Under the pieces are notes generated by a model that saw only the letters and a program-made list of their open reading frames with translations, was not told where the DNA came from and did no database searches. Positions 1 through 7,688 of a stretch of 64,000 nucleotides of DNA are shown in pieces. The stretch is from an uncultured Muribaculaceae bacterium (lineage in GTDB: Bacteria > Bacteroidota > Bacteroidia > Bacteroidales > Muribaculaceae), in assembly GCA_904501735.1 (NCBI GenBank), contig CAJGBY010000005.1, positions 27,660-91,659 on the forward strand, in the 5' to 3' direction. Made by a program: the position numbers and the translations under genes. Each line of letters opens with the position of its first letter. The stretch's first letter is position 1.

Positions 1-969
1 ATCTCGGGCTGTTCATCTACTGATATGATGATCGATGCAGCTTCTGCTTCGGTTGGTGGTATCGCTGGTAAGGTACAAACAAGCTCTAATGTGAGTGCTT
101 GTGCAGTAACTGGTAGCATCGTAGGTGGTGTTGAAGTAGGTGGTATCGCTGGTTATGCTTCTGCTGGTTGTGTGTTTAGAGATTGTCGCGTCGACGCAAC
201 TATCACTGCCGACAACAATGTGGGTGGTATCGTAGGTAACGCTGAACGCGGAGGCATCTTTAATTGCATGGTAGAAGGTAGTCTAGTTGCTAAAAAGGCC
301 GACATGAAGGGCTATGCTCGTCTTGGAGGTGTTGTAGGTACATTGGCTTCAGATTGGTCGGAAGAGGGTGAGGAAATTGATCGCATCATCGTGGGCAATG
401 TGGTGAAGGTTGATTCTCTTGTAGCTCCTAACATGAATGGTGTGCATCGCATTGTGGGTTATTCTCGTTTCGAAGATGATACTGAAGCTAAGAAGGATGA
501 TCCAAAACTTGTTCCTGTTAAGGAAGCTGGTCTTGACAAAAACTATGCAATGGGTATTAATGCTGTGGATAGCACAGTTGAAGCCGATGGTACAAGTACC
601 GAAGGTGCCGACTTGGCCGACGCTGACTTTAATCAAGCATTCTTGGAAAGCATTGGCTTCAAGTTTGGCGATAACAAGGAAAATCCTTGGGTGTTCGTAT
701 CGGATGCAATGCCTTGCTTGTACTTCGAAAAGGCTAATTCATCGGCTGTAGAATCGGTTGTTGCCGATAAGGTTAAAATCGCATTCGATGGTCAAAAACT
801 TACAGTTTCGGGTGCTGCGACAGTGGAATTGTACAGCATTGCAGGTGTGAGAGTGGCTAAGAGCAATAGCGATGAGCTATCGGTAAATGGCGTGGCAACA
901 GGTGTATATGTTGTAGTTGCTACCGATGCTAATGGCGCTAAGACAGCTGCTAAGATTGTGGTGAAATAA
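1..969 (+). CDS. GLUG-repeat cell-surface protein, C-terminal part, with T9SS (Por) C-terminal sorting domain; 5' end lies outside the window
   Basis: Frame 1 is open from base 1 (ISGCSSTD precedes the listed Met at 25). Repeated VGGIAG / VGGIVG ...C.V.G.. motifs match GLUG-type repeats. The last ~73 aa (748-966: ...VELYSIAGVRVAKS...GVYVVVATDANGAKTAAKIVVK) have the pattern of T9SS CTDs. Confidence 0.7.
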   Translation: MSGCSSTDMMIDAASASVGGIAGKVQTSSNVSACAVTGSIVGGVEVGGIAGYASAGCVFRDCRVDATITADNNVGGIVGNAERGGIFNCMVEGSLVAKKADMKGYARLGGVVGTLASDWSEEGEEIDRIIVGNVVKVDSLVAPNMNGVHRIVGYSRFEDDTEAKKDDPKLVPVKEAGLDKNYAMGINAVDSTVEADGTSTEGADLADADFNQAFLESIGFKFGDNKENPWVFVSDAMPCLYFEKANSSAVESVVADKVKIAFDGQKLTVSGAATVELYSIAGVRVAKSNSDELSVNGVATGVYVVVATDANGAKTAAKIVVK

Positions 970-994
970 GCAAATAATTGCGATTATATACGAC

Positions 995-1037
995 GAACGG
1001 ACTGCTTCATGGTGAGGCGGTCCGTTCTGTTTTTATT
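995..1037. terminator. Rho-independent terminator between convergent genes
   Basis: GAACGGAC (995-1002) pairs with GTCCGTTC (1020-1027), followed by TGTTTTTATT. It sits between the stop at 969 (+) and the stop at 1046 (-). Confidence 0.6.
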
Positions 1038-1045
1038 AAGTAGAG

Positions 1046-1408
1046 CTAAGAGATATAGTCTTGTCGAGGCATGTTTTGCACGATACGGTGCACCGTAGGT
1101 TTGATTGTGCTGCGTTTTGCGCCCGATAGAGCGCTTATCTCGTCAATGGAGTACCCTTTTATGTATAGAGTGAATATCACGCGTCTATGGGGCTGCATTG
1201 CGTTGTAGGACTTGTGCAGATGATCCAGTTTGACTATTGAATTGCGTCGAGGAGTTGCTACAATTGCTAAACGATTTTTTAATTGAGCAACTTTGGAGGC
1301 GATACAAGAAATTGCGCTGTGGCAATGCCCAACAAAAGATTCTATGCACTCGCTAAACTTTGCGACTACATTGTTCCGATTCAAGGAATGGTGTGTAAAA
1401 CTTTCCAT
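1046..1408 (-). CDS. Small sigma-70 region-4-like HTH protein (no recognisable region 2)
   Basis: The C-terminal 50 aa (PHRRVIFTLYIKGYSIDEISALSGAKRSTIKPTVHRIVQNM) match the ECF sigma region 4 / LuxR-like HTH pattern (R.vf.L....G.S..EIA..lg.s..TvK..l.R). The N-terminal 70 aa show no region-2 motifs, and 120 aa is too short for a full ECF sigma. Confidence 0.4.
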   Translation of the reverse strand: MESFTHHSLNRNNVVAKFSECIESFVGHCHSAISCIASKVAQLKNRLAIVATPRRNSIVKLDHLHKSYNAMQPHRRVIFTLYIKGYSIDEISALSGAKRSTIKPTVHRIVQNMPRQDYIS

Positions 1409-1528
1409 TGTGTAGTGTTTTATGGATATACTCTAATCGTAATACATATAACACAAAACACACCAAAAGTTTCGCTATGAAGTCAAATAAATTTCAAAAT
1501 TTCGATTTCTTAACCCAAGAAAGGCTCA

Positions 1529-2623
1529 TTACCAGCTAAAACATATTCCCGATCGAGGTAAAATAGATTCTTTAGCCTTGAAACAGAAATAATTTATACC
1601 TGATTCCAATTGGTATTTATCCTTTGCGATAGGTAGGAAGGTCATGGTCTTTACTTGGCTTGGATTAATTCCTGTTGAGCCGTCAATAGTAATTCTAAAT
1701 AGTTCAGTATTGGTATCGGATGTAACTAATGTTGGATTTGCAAAAACACAGTAGAATGTATCTGATTCAGGATAGTTATAAGTGCATTTAATTTTACCTT
1801 TGTAACCAGTATATTTCTCCATATGTTCAGCTGATTTAATATCTTCTTTTGGAACTATAGCCGATAAAGTAAAATATTTATAATCAACAGGATATTTTAA
1901 AGTAATATTTTGAACTGATATTGATTTGTTGTTAATAAATAACTCGAATTTAAAAGAAGCTTTAATATTGTTTAATATTTCATTCTTTTTTTGTGTATCA
2001 TCAAGGTTTGTATTCTTTAAGATGTTTAAAATTGTATCTCTTAATGTCGTATCTTTTAATTCTTCTCTAAAAAAGAAAGAATTGTTATTTAGTTGTTTAT
2101 CTAATTCATTTTCTGATAATATAAAGCAACATGTCATCTCAATAGGTTGGGTTGATTGATCCTTAAGGAATAGGCGATGATAGGAGAGTTCTTGAGTTAT
2201 CTGTTTTTGGAAAATAGTTACATTATAGTTGAAATCTTTTTGAATTACATCAAAACAGTTATGTATAAAGTTAGAACAAGTGTCGGCTAATGCAGTATTA
2301 TACCATTTAAGACAATTTCTAAAAACTTGGTCAATAGCCTCTTTCTTGTAGAAGTTCTGAATAAGTCCAACATCTTCAACTTTTAAAACATTTAGCGAGT
2401 TTTCAAGTATTTTTTCATTAATTATTTCATCAACATCCTTCTGTAATGATAAATAATTAGCGATTCGTATTCCGAGATAAGTAAGAAGAGCCAATATAAT
2501 TGTCTCAAGAAGACCTTGAATGAGGTTGTTTTCTACATTTATTAAGCTAATAGCTATTGCAAATAGGCATACAGATATAAGAATCCAATTTTTTTTGAGT
2601 TGTGTTATGGTATTTGTTATCAT
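1529..2623 (-). CDS. Uncharacterised membrane protein: N-terminal 2-TM hairpin plus ~290-aa soluble domain
   Basis: The listed ORF starts at a TTG (2653). The first ATG is at 2623 (MITNTITQLKKNW...), 19 nt after the stop of the upstream dipeptidase gene. There are two hydrophobic helices (ILISVCLFAIAISLINV; LLETIILALLTYLGIRIA). No family is recognised. The gene is very AT-rich. Confidence 0.6.
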   Translation of the reverse strand: MITNTITQLKKNWILISVCLFAIAISLINVENNLIQGLLETIILALLTYLGIRIANYLSLQKDVDEIINEKILENSLNVLKVEDVGLIQNFYKKEAIDQVFRNCLKWYNTALADTCSNFIHNCFDVIQKDFNYNVTIFQKQITQELSYHRLFLKDQSTQPIEMTCCFILSENELDKQLNNNSFFFREELKDTTLRDTILNILKNTNLDDTQKKNEILNNIKASFKFELFINNKSISVQNITLKYPVDYKYFTLSAIVPKEDIKSAEHMEKYTGYKGKIKCTYNYPESDTFYCVFANPTLVTSDTNTELFRITIDGSTGINPSQVKTMTFLPIAKDKYQLESGINYFCFKAKESILPRSGICFSW

Positions 2624-2642
2624 AATTAATGTATATCTAAAG

Positions 2643-3260
2643 TTAGTAATCAAGTAATTTGAATTTGAGTTTGTCTTCTTCCTTTTGGTGATATTGGTAG
2701 TGCCACCATTCGTAAGGATAAGGAAATAAATTATGATTTTTCATTAACTGATAAAGGAATAATCTGTTAGAATACTCCTCTTGAGTTAATAGACCTTTCT
2801 CTAAGAGCTGTTCTTCGTTGCCTACATGAGCGGTATCCTCGAAAGAGTCGTAATCAGTACCCATAGGAAGAAGTTCTCCTTTTGAGTTTACTATTGATAA
2901 ATCAACTGCCATACCATAATTGTGAAATCCTCCTGCATATTCGCCATAAGGATTAGCAACATAACATTCCTTGTTAGTGCCTTTTACAATATCATACATC
3001 TTTTTTTGAATGCTGATAGGGCGTGCAGCATCAAAAATAACTAATGAATAATCGGGATGCAGTTGCTTAAGCTCTAATTGAGCGTCGGATAAAGCATAAG
3101 CTAATTCAGGAACGCAAAAAGCCCCATTGCAATCCTCATAAAGGATTTCACCAGTAAAATTATTTGTAGTTGCGTAGCGAATATCTAATTTAATAGACGG
3201 GCAAATATCTAAGATATTAACCAGTCCCATATCATGATAGAATTCTTCAATTTTTCTCAT
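2643..3260 (-). CDS. D-alanyl-D-alanine dipeptidase, VanX/DdpX family (MEROPS M15D), cytoplasmic
   Basis: Family signatures are present: IDIRYATTNNFTG, FDAARP, GGFHNYGMAVD (HxxGxAxD zinc site) and EWWHY (ExxH). There is no signal peptide. The gene is AT-rich like its neighbours. Confidence 0.8.
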   Translation of the reverse strand: MRKIEEFYHDMGLVNILDICPSIKLDIRYATTNNFTGEILYEDCNGAFCVPELAYALSDAQLELKQLHPDYSLVIFDAARPISIQKKMYDIVKGTNKECYVANPYGEYAGGFHNYGMAVDLSIVNSKGELLPMGTDYDSFEDTAHVGNEEQLLEKGLLTQEEYSNRLFLYQLMKNHNLFPYPYEWWHYQYHQKEEDKLKFKLLDY

Positions 3261-4333
3261 AACAAATATAGAGTTTAGGCAAATCAGATTTTTCTATAAG
3301 CTTTGTTACAAATGTTTCACTAAGTTCTATTTTTTCGTTTTCTTTGGAATGAACAAATGCGTATAAGAACCCCAATTCGCTGTTGGTTAACATTGATTCT
3401 ATTATTCTAATGAAATTGTCTTCTTGGATAAATTTATCTGAGATTTTTTTGTTTTGTTCAATGAAAATTGCAATATTTCGTAGCGATTTAATAATAGGTA
3501 TGTAATAAAATCTAACACCATAAAAACCAATGGATAGTTTTACCCTCTAAAACATATCTTGCGTAGTTTGTGAATAATGTATATGTTTGGGCAAGATAAT
3601 TTAATTCTCGTACTTTAGCAGGTTCTCTAGTGGAATTGACTGAAGAAAGATCCTCTCTGTAATGGATTATTTGTTCTTTCATGTAATTATAATCTACGAT
3701 TGACAAGATATCTTTATAGTGATTATAAATCATATCATTTTCAGAACCGTCATTATCGGAAGTAATACCATTAATCACAAATGACATGGCGATAGATGAA
3801 ATATCAGAAGGGCTCATAGGTGAAGATGTGTTCATATTTATAAATCCCTTGCGAGAGAATAATTCGAAAAGCATTTTGTATTCATAAAACAAGAAATTAA
3901 ACACCTTACTGCCTTTTCCGATATTAGGAATTTCAAAAAGTTGAACACGAGATTCATATCGATTTAATAAAATATTGAATCGATTTTCAAGTCGTTCAGT
4001 TTTAATATCATTTCCTTGTTTAGAATTTATGAGAGCCTGAATAGCAAAAATCAAAATAGTGAAAAGACAACTTGCCATAGCTATCCACATACTCCACCAG
4101 GCTATCTTTATGCTTTTGAAATCAGCAAAATTTCCTATGTTGTTTGTGCTACTATTAGATAAATCTATACGCTCATCAATGATTCTCTCTAATGTACCAA
4201 TCTGATCAAGGAAGGGAAGTTGAGAGATAGAAATGCTGTCGGTGTTTGGCGTATTTTCGGTAGCTAAAATATCTTGACTGAAACAAGCTGATGCTATGGT
4301 AATAAGGAAAATAATAATAATTCGGAGTTTCAT
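3247..4333 (-). pseudogene. putAbiC-like (putative phage abortive infection) 2-TM protein, split by a frameshift at an A5/T5 run
   Basis: The main ORF 4333->3512 (273 aa) has a signal/TM segment, a second TM (IAWWSMWIAMASCLFTILIFAIQALI), then ERLENRFNILLNRYESRVQLFEI...VFNFLFYEY. A second frame stays open from ~3540 to the TGA at 3247-3249. It encodes ...FYYIPIIKSLRNIAIFIEQNKKISDKFIQEDNFIRIIESMLTNSELGFLYAFVHSKENEKIELSETFVTKLIEKSDL, which looks like the family's C-terminus. Deleting one T from the T5 run (forward A5 at 3522-3526) fuses the two frames into a ~356-aa protein. Confidence 0.45.
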
Positions 4334-4336
4334 GAT

Positions 4337-4389
4337 TTTGCCTAAATAATAGTTTAGGCAAATGTACTAAAACTTTCTATTGTATCAAA
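4337..4389 (-). promoter_or_regulatory. Bacteroidetes-type promoter overlapped by a 10-bp inverted repeat (operator-like)
   Basis: On the minus strand: TTTG (4389-4386), 19 nt, TACATTTG (4366-4359). The palindrome TTTGCCTAAA-N6-TTTAGGCAAA (4337-4346 / 4353-4362) overlaps the -7 box and ends 3 nt before the ATG at 4333. Confidence 0.45.
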
Positions 4390-4411
4390 AAAGATTGTAA
4401 TTAATTCTTGG

Positions 4412-5317
4412 TTAGATATGTAGAAACTCAAGTTTTGCTTCGTGGGGGGTGATGTTGAGGGTGGCGGTGGCGCCTTCGATGACAGGGAGGTTGCCGTCGA
4501 TGTGTCCTATTGGGAAATCGAAGCACACTGGGTAGTCATAGGGTTCAATCATGCGGCGTATCATTCCGTACATAGTGTCGCCGTTGGCATCAGGTTCGCG
4601 ATAGTCGGTGAATTGCCCCACAATGAGCCCTTTAAGTCGTTGTAGCACCCCACTAAGTCGCAGATTATAGAGTATGCGCTCCACTTTGTAGATAGGTTCG
4701 GCGATGTCCTCTATAAACAGGATTTTATCGGGAAGAAGTAGGTCGTATTCAGTGCCGATAAGTCCACTCAGAACAGCAAGGTTACCACCAACAATTTCGC
4801 CAGTTACTGAGCCCATGCGGTTAAATGGGTGTGAAGGAGTGGTGTAAGATGGTAGTTGGCCTGTGAGAATGTTGCGCAATGCTTTGTTGCAATGATTATC
4901 GGTGCCGAATAGTGCAAGTTGCTTAGCCATAGAGCTATGGATGCTTGCAATGCCTGCGCGGTGGCACATAGCATGCAGTGCAGAGATATCGCTGAAGCCG
5001 ATAATCCACTTTGGGTGGGTTTTAATTTCGTTGGGAGAGATGAAATCGGTGAGGTGGATGGTTCCGTAACCACCTCTACCACAAAGGATTGCTTTTATCT
5101 CGGGGTCGAAAATTGCTTGTCGGAGGTCGTTGAGGCGTTCTTCGACCGTTCCGCTGTAATATCCCACGCTATTGCGACAATGCTCACTTGGCACTGGCGT
5201 AAACCCCCATTGTTCAAGCACATAGCCAGCCCCGTCGATAAATTCGGGCTTGACGGCGCTGGCTGGCGATACAATCGCTACCTTGTCGCCGGGTTGTAAA
5301 AATGGAGGGGTAAACAT
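4412..5317 (-). CDS. ldcA: LD-carboxypeptidase (muramoyltetrapeptide carboxypeptidase, peptidase S66)
   Basis: LQPGDKVAIVSPAS near the N-terminus, GFSDISALH (nucleophile Ser) and a C-terminal GHxxxNxPxxxG-type motif (PIGHIDGNLPVIEG). Confidence 0.85.
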   Translation of the reverse strand: MFTPPFLQPGDKVAIVSPASAVKPEFIDGAGYVLEQWGFTPVPSEHCRNSVGYYSGTVEERLNDLRQAIFDPEIKAILCGRGGYGTIHLTDFISPNEIKTHPKWIIGFSDISALHAMCHRAGIASIHSSMAKQLALFGTDNHCNKALRNILTGQLPSYTTPSHPFNRMGSVTGEIVGGNLAVLSGLIGTEYDLLLPDKILFIEDIAEPIYKVERILYNLRLSGVLQRLKGLIVGQFTDYREPDANGDTMYGMIRRMIEPYDYPVCFDFPIGHIDGNLPVIEGATATLNITPHEAKLEFLHI

Positions 5318-5342
5318 GGGGTCAAAAATTAAAAAGCGACAA

Positions 5343-6119
5343 TCAACTTACAACAACTTTGATGCCTGCAGCCTCGATGCGTTTTCCGATAGCTTCGAGT
5401 TCGTCCTTTTCCACTTTAGTGAGAGTTTCGACAGGTGTTTTGCGGTCGATAGAATAAATCATCACTTCTTGAGGAGCGATTTCCTTGTAGGCAGCAATAA
5501 GAGCATTGATTTCGGCATCGGTAGTGTTGTCGATTTTCACGCCATTGTGTTCGCCACGCAAGAACATAGTTTGCACGATACACTTGCCATTGAATTGCTT
5601 CAAGTGAGCAATAATACCTTCAGGAATCACATCTTTCGATGTAGGTTGATTGATAGCTCTAAGAGTTGGCGAGAAAGCCGAGTCAAGTTTGAGAATGTTA
5701 TTATCCACTTTTTTGAGTGCTTCCACCACAGAGTCTTTCTTTAGCATAGTGCTATTGCTCAATACGCTCACTTTCGCATTAGGGAAGAAGCGGTCGCGCA
5801 GTTTCATTACATCGAGCACGATGTCTTTGAATTGAGGATGCAGAGTAGGCTCACCATTGCCTGAGAAAGTGATTACATCGAGCGATTCGCCTGCTTCGGT
5901 CATAGCCTTAAGCTTGCGATTGAGGGCTTTTTTCACTGTTTCGCGCGAAGGAATACCACTTTTGCCAGCGCCTTGAGCGTTGAGACCAGCTTCGCAGTAC
6001 ACGCAGTCGAAAGAGCATATTTTGCCATCGTTAGGCATAAGGTTTACGCCGAGCGACACACCAAGTCGGCGGCTATGAATAGGTCCAAATATCGTTTCGT
6101 GAAATAAAACAGTCTGCAT
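5343..6119 (-). CDS. Radical SAM protein
   Basis: GPIHSRRLGVSLGVNLMP...CSFDCVYCE contains the CxxxCxxC cluster motif, and FSGNGEPTLHP is a SAM-binding-like motif. Confidence 0.8.
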   Translation of the reverse strand: MQTVLFHETIFGPIHSRRLGVSLGVNLMPNDGKICSFDCVYCEAGLNAQGAGKSGIPSRETVKKALNRKLKAMTEAGESLDVITFSGNGEPTLHPQFKDIVLDVMKLRDRFFPNAKVSVLSNSTMLKKDSVVEALKKVDNNILKLDSAFSPTLRAINQPTSKDVIPEGIIAHLKQFNGKCIVQTMFLRGEHNGVKIDNTTDAEINALIAAYKEIAPQEVMIYSIDRKTPVETLTKVEKDELEAIGKRIEAAGIKVVVS

Positions 6120-6133
6120 AATGATTGAGATAG

Positions 6134-7375
6134 TTATTTAGCTAATAATTTTTCAAACAAAGATAAGTATTTTTCTACGACGGTGGTTGGAGAGAAGCGT
6201 TTTTGCATCTCGTCGTGTAGGAATTGACGGTCGAGTTTGGCATTTATAGCCCATTCGATACCGTAGGCGAGGTCCTCGTGGCTTTTATACATCGCGATGT
6301 AGCCAGTACGCTTGTGGTCCACGATGTCGCCCTGTCCACCGTTGCCAAATGTTACTGGAGTGCAACCCGCAGCCATTCCCTCGATGAGTGTACCACCAAA
6401 CGATTCGTAAAGCGACGAAGAAATGACAATATCGGCGTGCGCCAACACATCTTTCACACGGTTAGCATCGATTCGACCTAAGAAAGTGTAAGGAATGTCG
6501 ATTTCTTGTAGCAGAGAAATGTCGCGTAATCCTCCGAAAAGAATCAAGTGTATTTTAGACGCTGTTTCGGGCTTGTGAGCCTTGAGCCACTTGAGCGAGC
6601 TGAGCAAGATAGGGAAACCTTTCACTGGGTCATCAAGGCGTGCTGCACCTATTGCTATCACCTTTTTGTCGGCCGATATGCCATAGTTGCTATTAGGCAA
6701 ACGAGAGCAAGAGTATTGCTCGACATTTGTTGTATTAGGGATAACAGTGATGTGCTTATCGCCGAGCAATGAGCTTTCCTTGCACTTTTTCGCAAGCCAA
6801 TTGCTTACCGACACGAAGTGAAGATTAGGAGCCGAAAATATGCTCTTTTTCTTCTTCCACACGCGATGTGAGAGGTCGTTCTCATTGTTTGACGATAGAT
6901 ATTGACACTTTCCACACTCATGCTTGTAGCGAGAGCATTCGTAGGCATGGTGGCATATACCAGTGCATTCCCACATGTCGTGCATGTTCCAGATGATAGG
7001 TTTGCCAGTGTCGCATAGCTTCTCTACACAATCGAGCGATAGTGCTCCTTGGTTGATCCAGTTGAGAATAATCACATCGGCATCTTTCACTGCAGGGTGG
7101 TTGGCGATGTCGCGTCCCCAGTCGGCAGTGTCCACTTTGAACAGATTTTCGCGCGAAAAGCCATTTTGCAAAAATATTTGCAATCGTTCGGCGAGAAAAT
7201 GATACTTATCGGCAATTGTGTCGGCATAGGACACCACATTTTCGTCGTTACCTAATTGTTCGGTAACGAGCATTGATGCATCCACCCCTGCATTGCGAAA
7301 AGCATTCATAAGGCGATAGGTAAATACTGCCGCCCCTCCATTCAAATCGCTTCTGTTGATTATTGCTATTTTCAT
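6134..7375 (-). CDS. Glycosyltransferase family 4-like (GT-B fold)
   Basis: The start is taken at ATG 7375 (MKIAIINRSDLNGGAAVFTYRL), not the listed 7537. The C-terminal half has ESFGGTLIEGMAAGCTPV, the E(x7)E-type motif of GT4 enzymes. A GTTG-N20-TACTTTTG promoter lies just upstream. Confidence 0.8.
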   Translation of the reverse strand: MKIAIINRSDLNGGAAVFTYRLMNAFRNAGVDASMLVTEQLGNDENVVSYADTIADKYHFLAERLQIFLQNGFSRENLFKVDTADWGRDIANHPAVKDADVIILNWINQGALSLDCVEKLCDTGKPIIWNMHDMWECTGICHHAYECSRYKHECGKCQYLSSNNENDLSHRVWKKKKSIFSAPNLHFVSVSNWLAKKCKESSLLGDKHITVIPNTTNVEQYSCSRLPNSNYGISADKKVIAIGAARLDDPVKGFPILLSSLKWLKAHKPETASKIHLILFGGLRDISLLQEIDIPYTFLGRIDANRVKDVLAHADIVISSSLYESFGGTLIEGMAAGCTPVTFGNGGQGDIVDHKRTGYIAMYKSHEDLAYGIEWAINAKLDRQFLHDEMQKRFSPTTVVEKYLSLFEKLLAK

Positions 7376-7391
7376 AATCGTTTTATTACGA

Positions 7392-7423
7392 CAAAAGTAC
7401 ATAATTTTTGGAAATTGGACAAC
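7392..7423 (-). promoter_or_regulatory. Bacteroidetes-type promoter for the GT4 gene
   Basis: On the minus strand: GTTG (7423-7420), 20 nt, TACTTTTG (7399-7392). The -7 box ends about 16 nt upstream of ATG 7375. Confidence 0.4.
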
Positions 7424-7688
7424 CTTTGGCGCGATAGAGGGGTGGTTATAGCTCCAAGCTTTTAGACTGAAGTGCATAAGAACAAAAATAGATGCAGATG
7501 GCGTACCGAAAACTGAAAGCCCAGCATAACAGCTCAATGTAATGCAACCTCGTCGAGGTTGTACCTATACCGGAATAACCTTTCCCTAAGATTCGCTACG
7601 CTCATCATAGGGCTTATATTGACAAACACCCTTCGGGCGTTTAATTCAGTGAGGAGTTAGGAGTTGATGAGTGGTGAATTATTGGGTA

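Noticed and set aside
349-751. Short ORFs 349-636 (-) and 437-751 (+), and the many similar 60-190-aa ORFs nested in or antisense to larger genes throughout the track (e.g. 4804-5082, 5250-5744, 16130-16693, 25483-25932, 28400-28984, 51627-52157)
   Set aside because: All lie inside longer ORFs with clear family motifs on the same or opposite strand. None shows a recognisable motif of its own.
2643-4333. Reading the cassette as a phage holin-endolysin lysis module
   Set aside because: The TM proteins are 270-370 aa, far larger than holins. The peptidase has the dipeptidase-type (VanX) active-site layout rather than an endolysin-type M15 layout, it has no cell-wall-binding domain, and no other phage genes are nearby.
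1440-4390. Possible direct repeats flanking the AT-rich cassette (AAAAGTTTCGCTAT near 1465 versus AAAACTTTCTAT near 4368)
   Set aside because: The match is only ~11/14, in AT-rich sequence, so it is indistinguishable from chance. No att-like core, integrase or tRNA lies at this site.
7448-7490. TPP-riboswitch-like strings (GGGGTG ... CTGA)
   Set aside because: The conserved CUGAGA and pyrophosphate-sensor helices are not present. The orientation relative to the downstream gene is also wrong.
7376-7537. 54-codon N-terminal extension of the glycosyltransferase ORF (listed start 7537)
   Set aside because: The extension has no coding character. A good promoter (7392-7423) lies inside it, and the canonical GT4 N-terminus MKIAIINRS starts at 7375.
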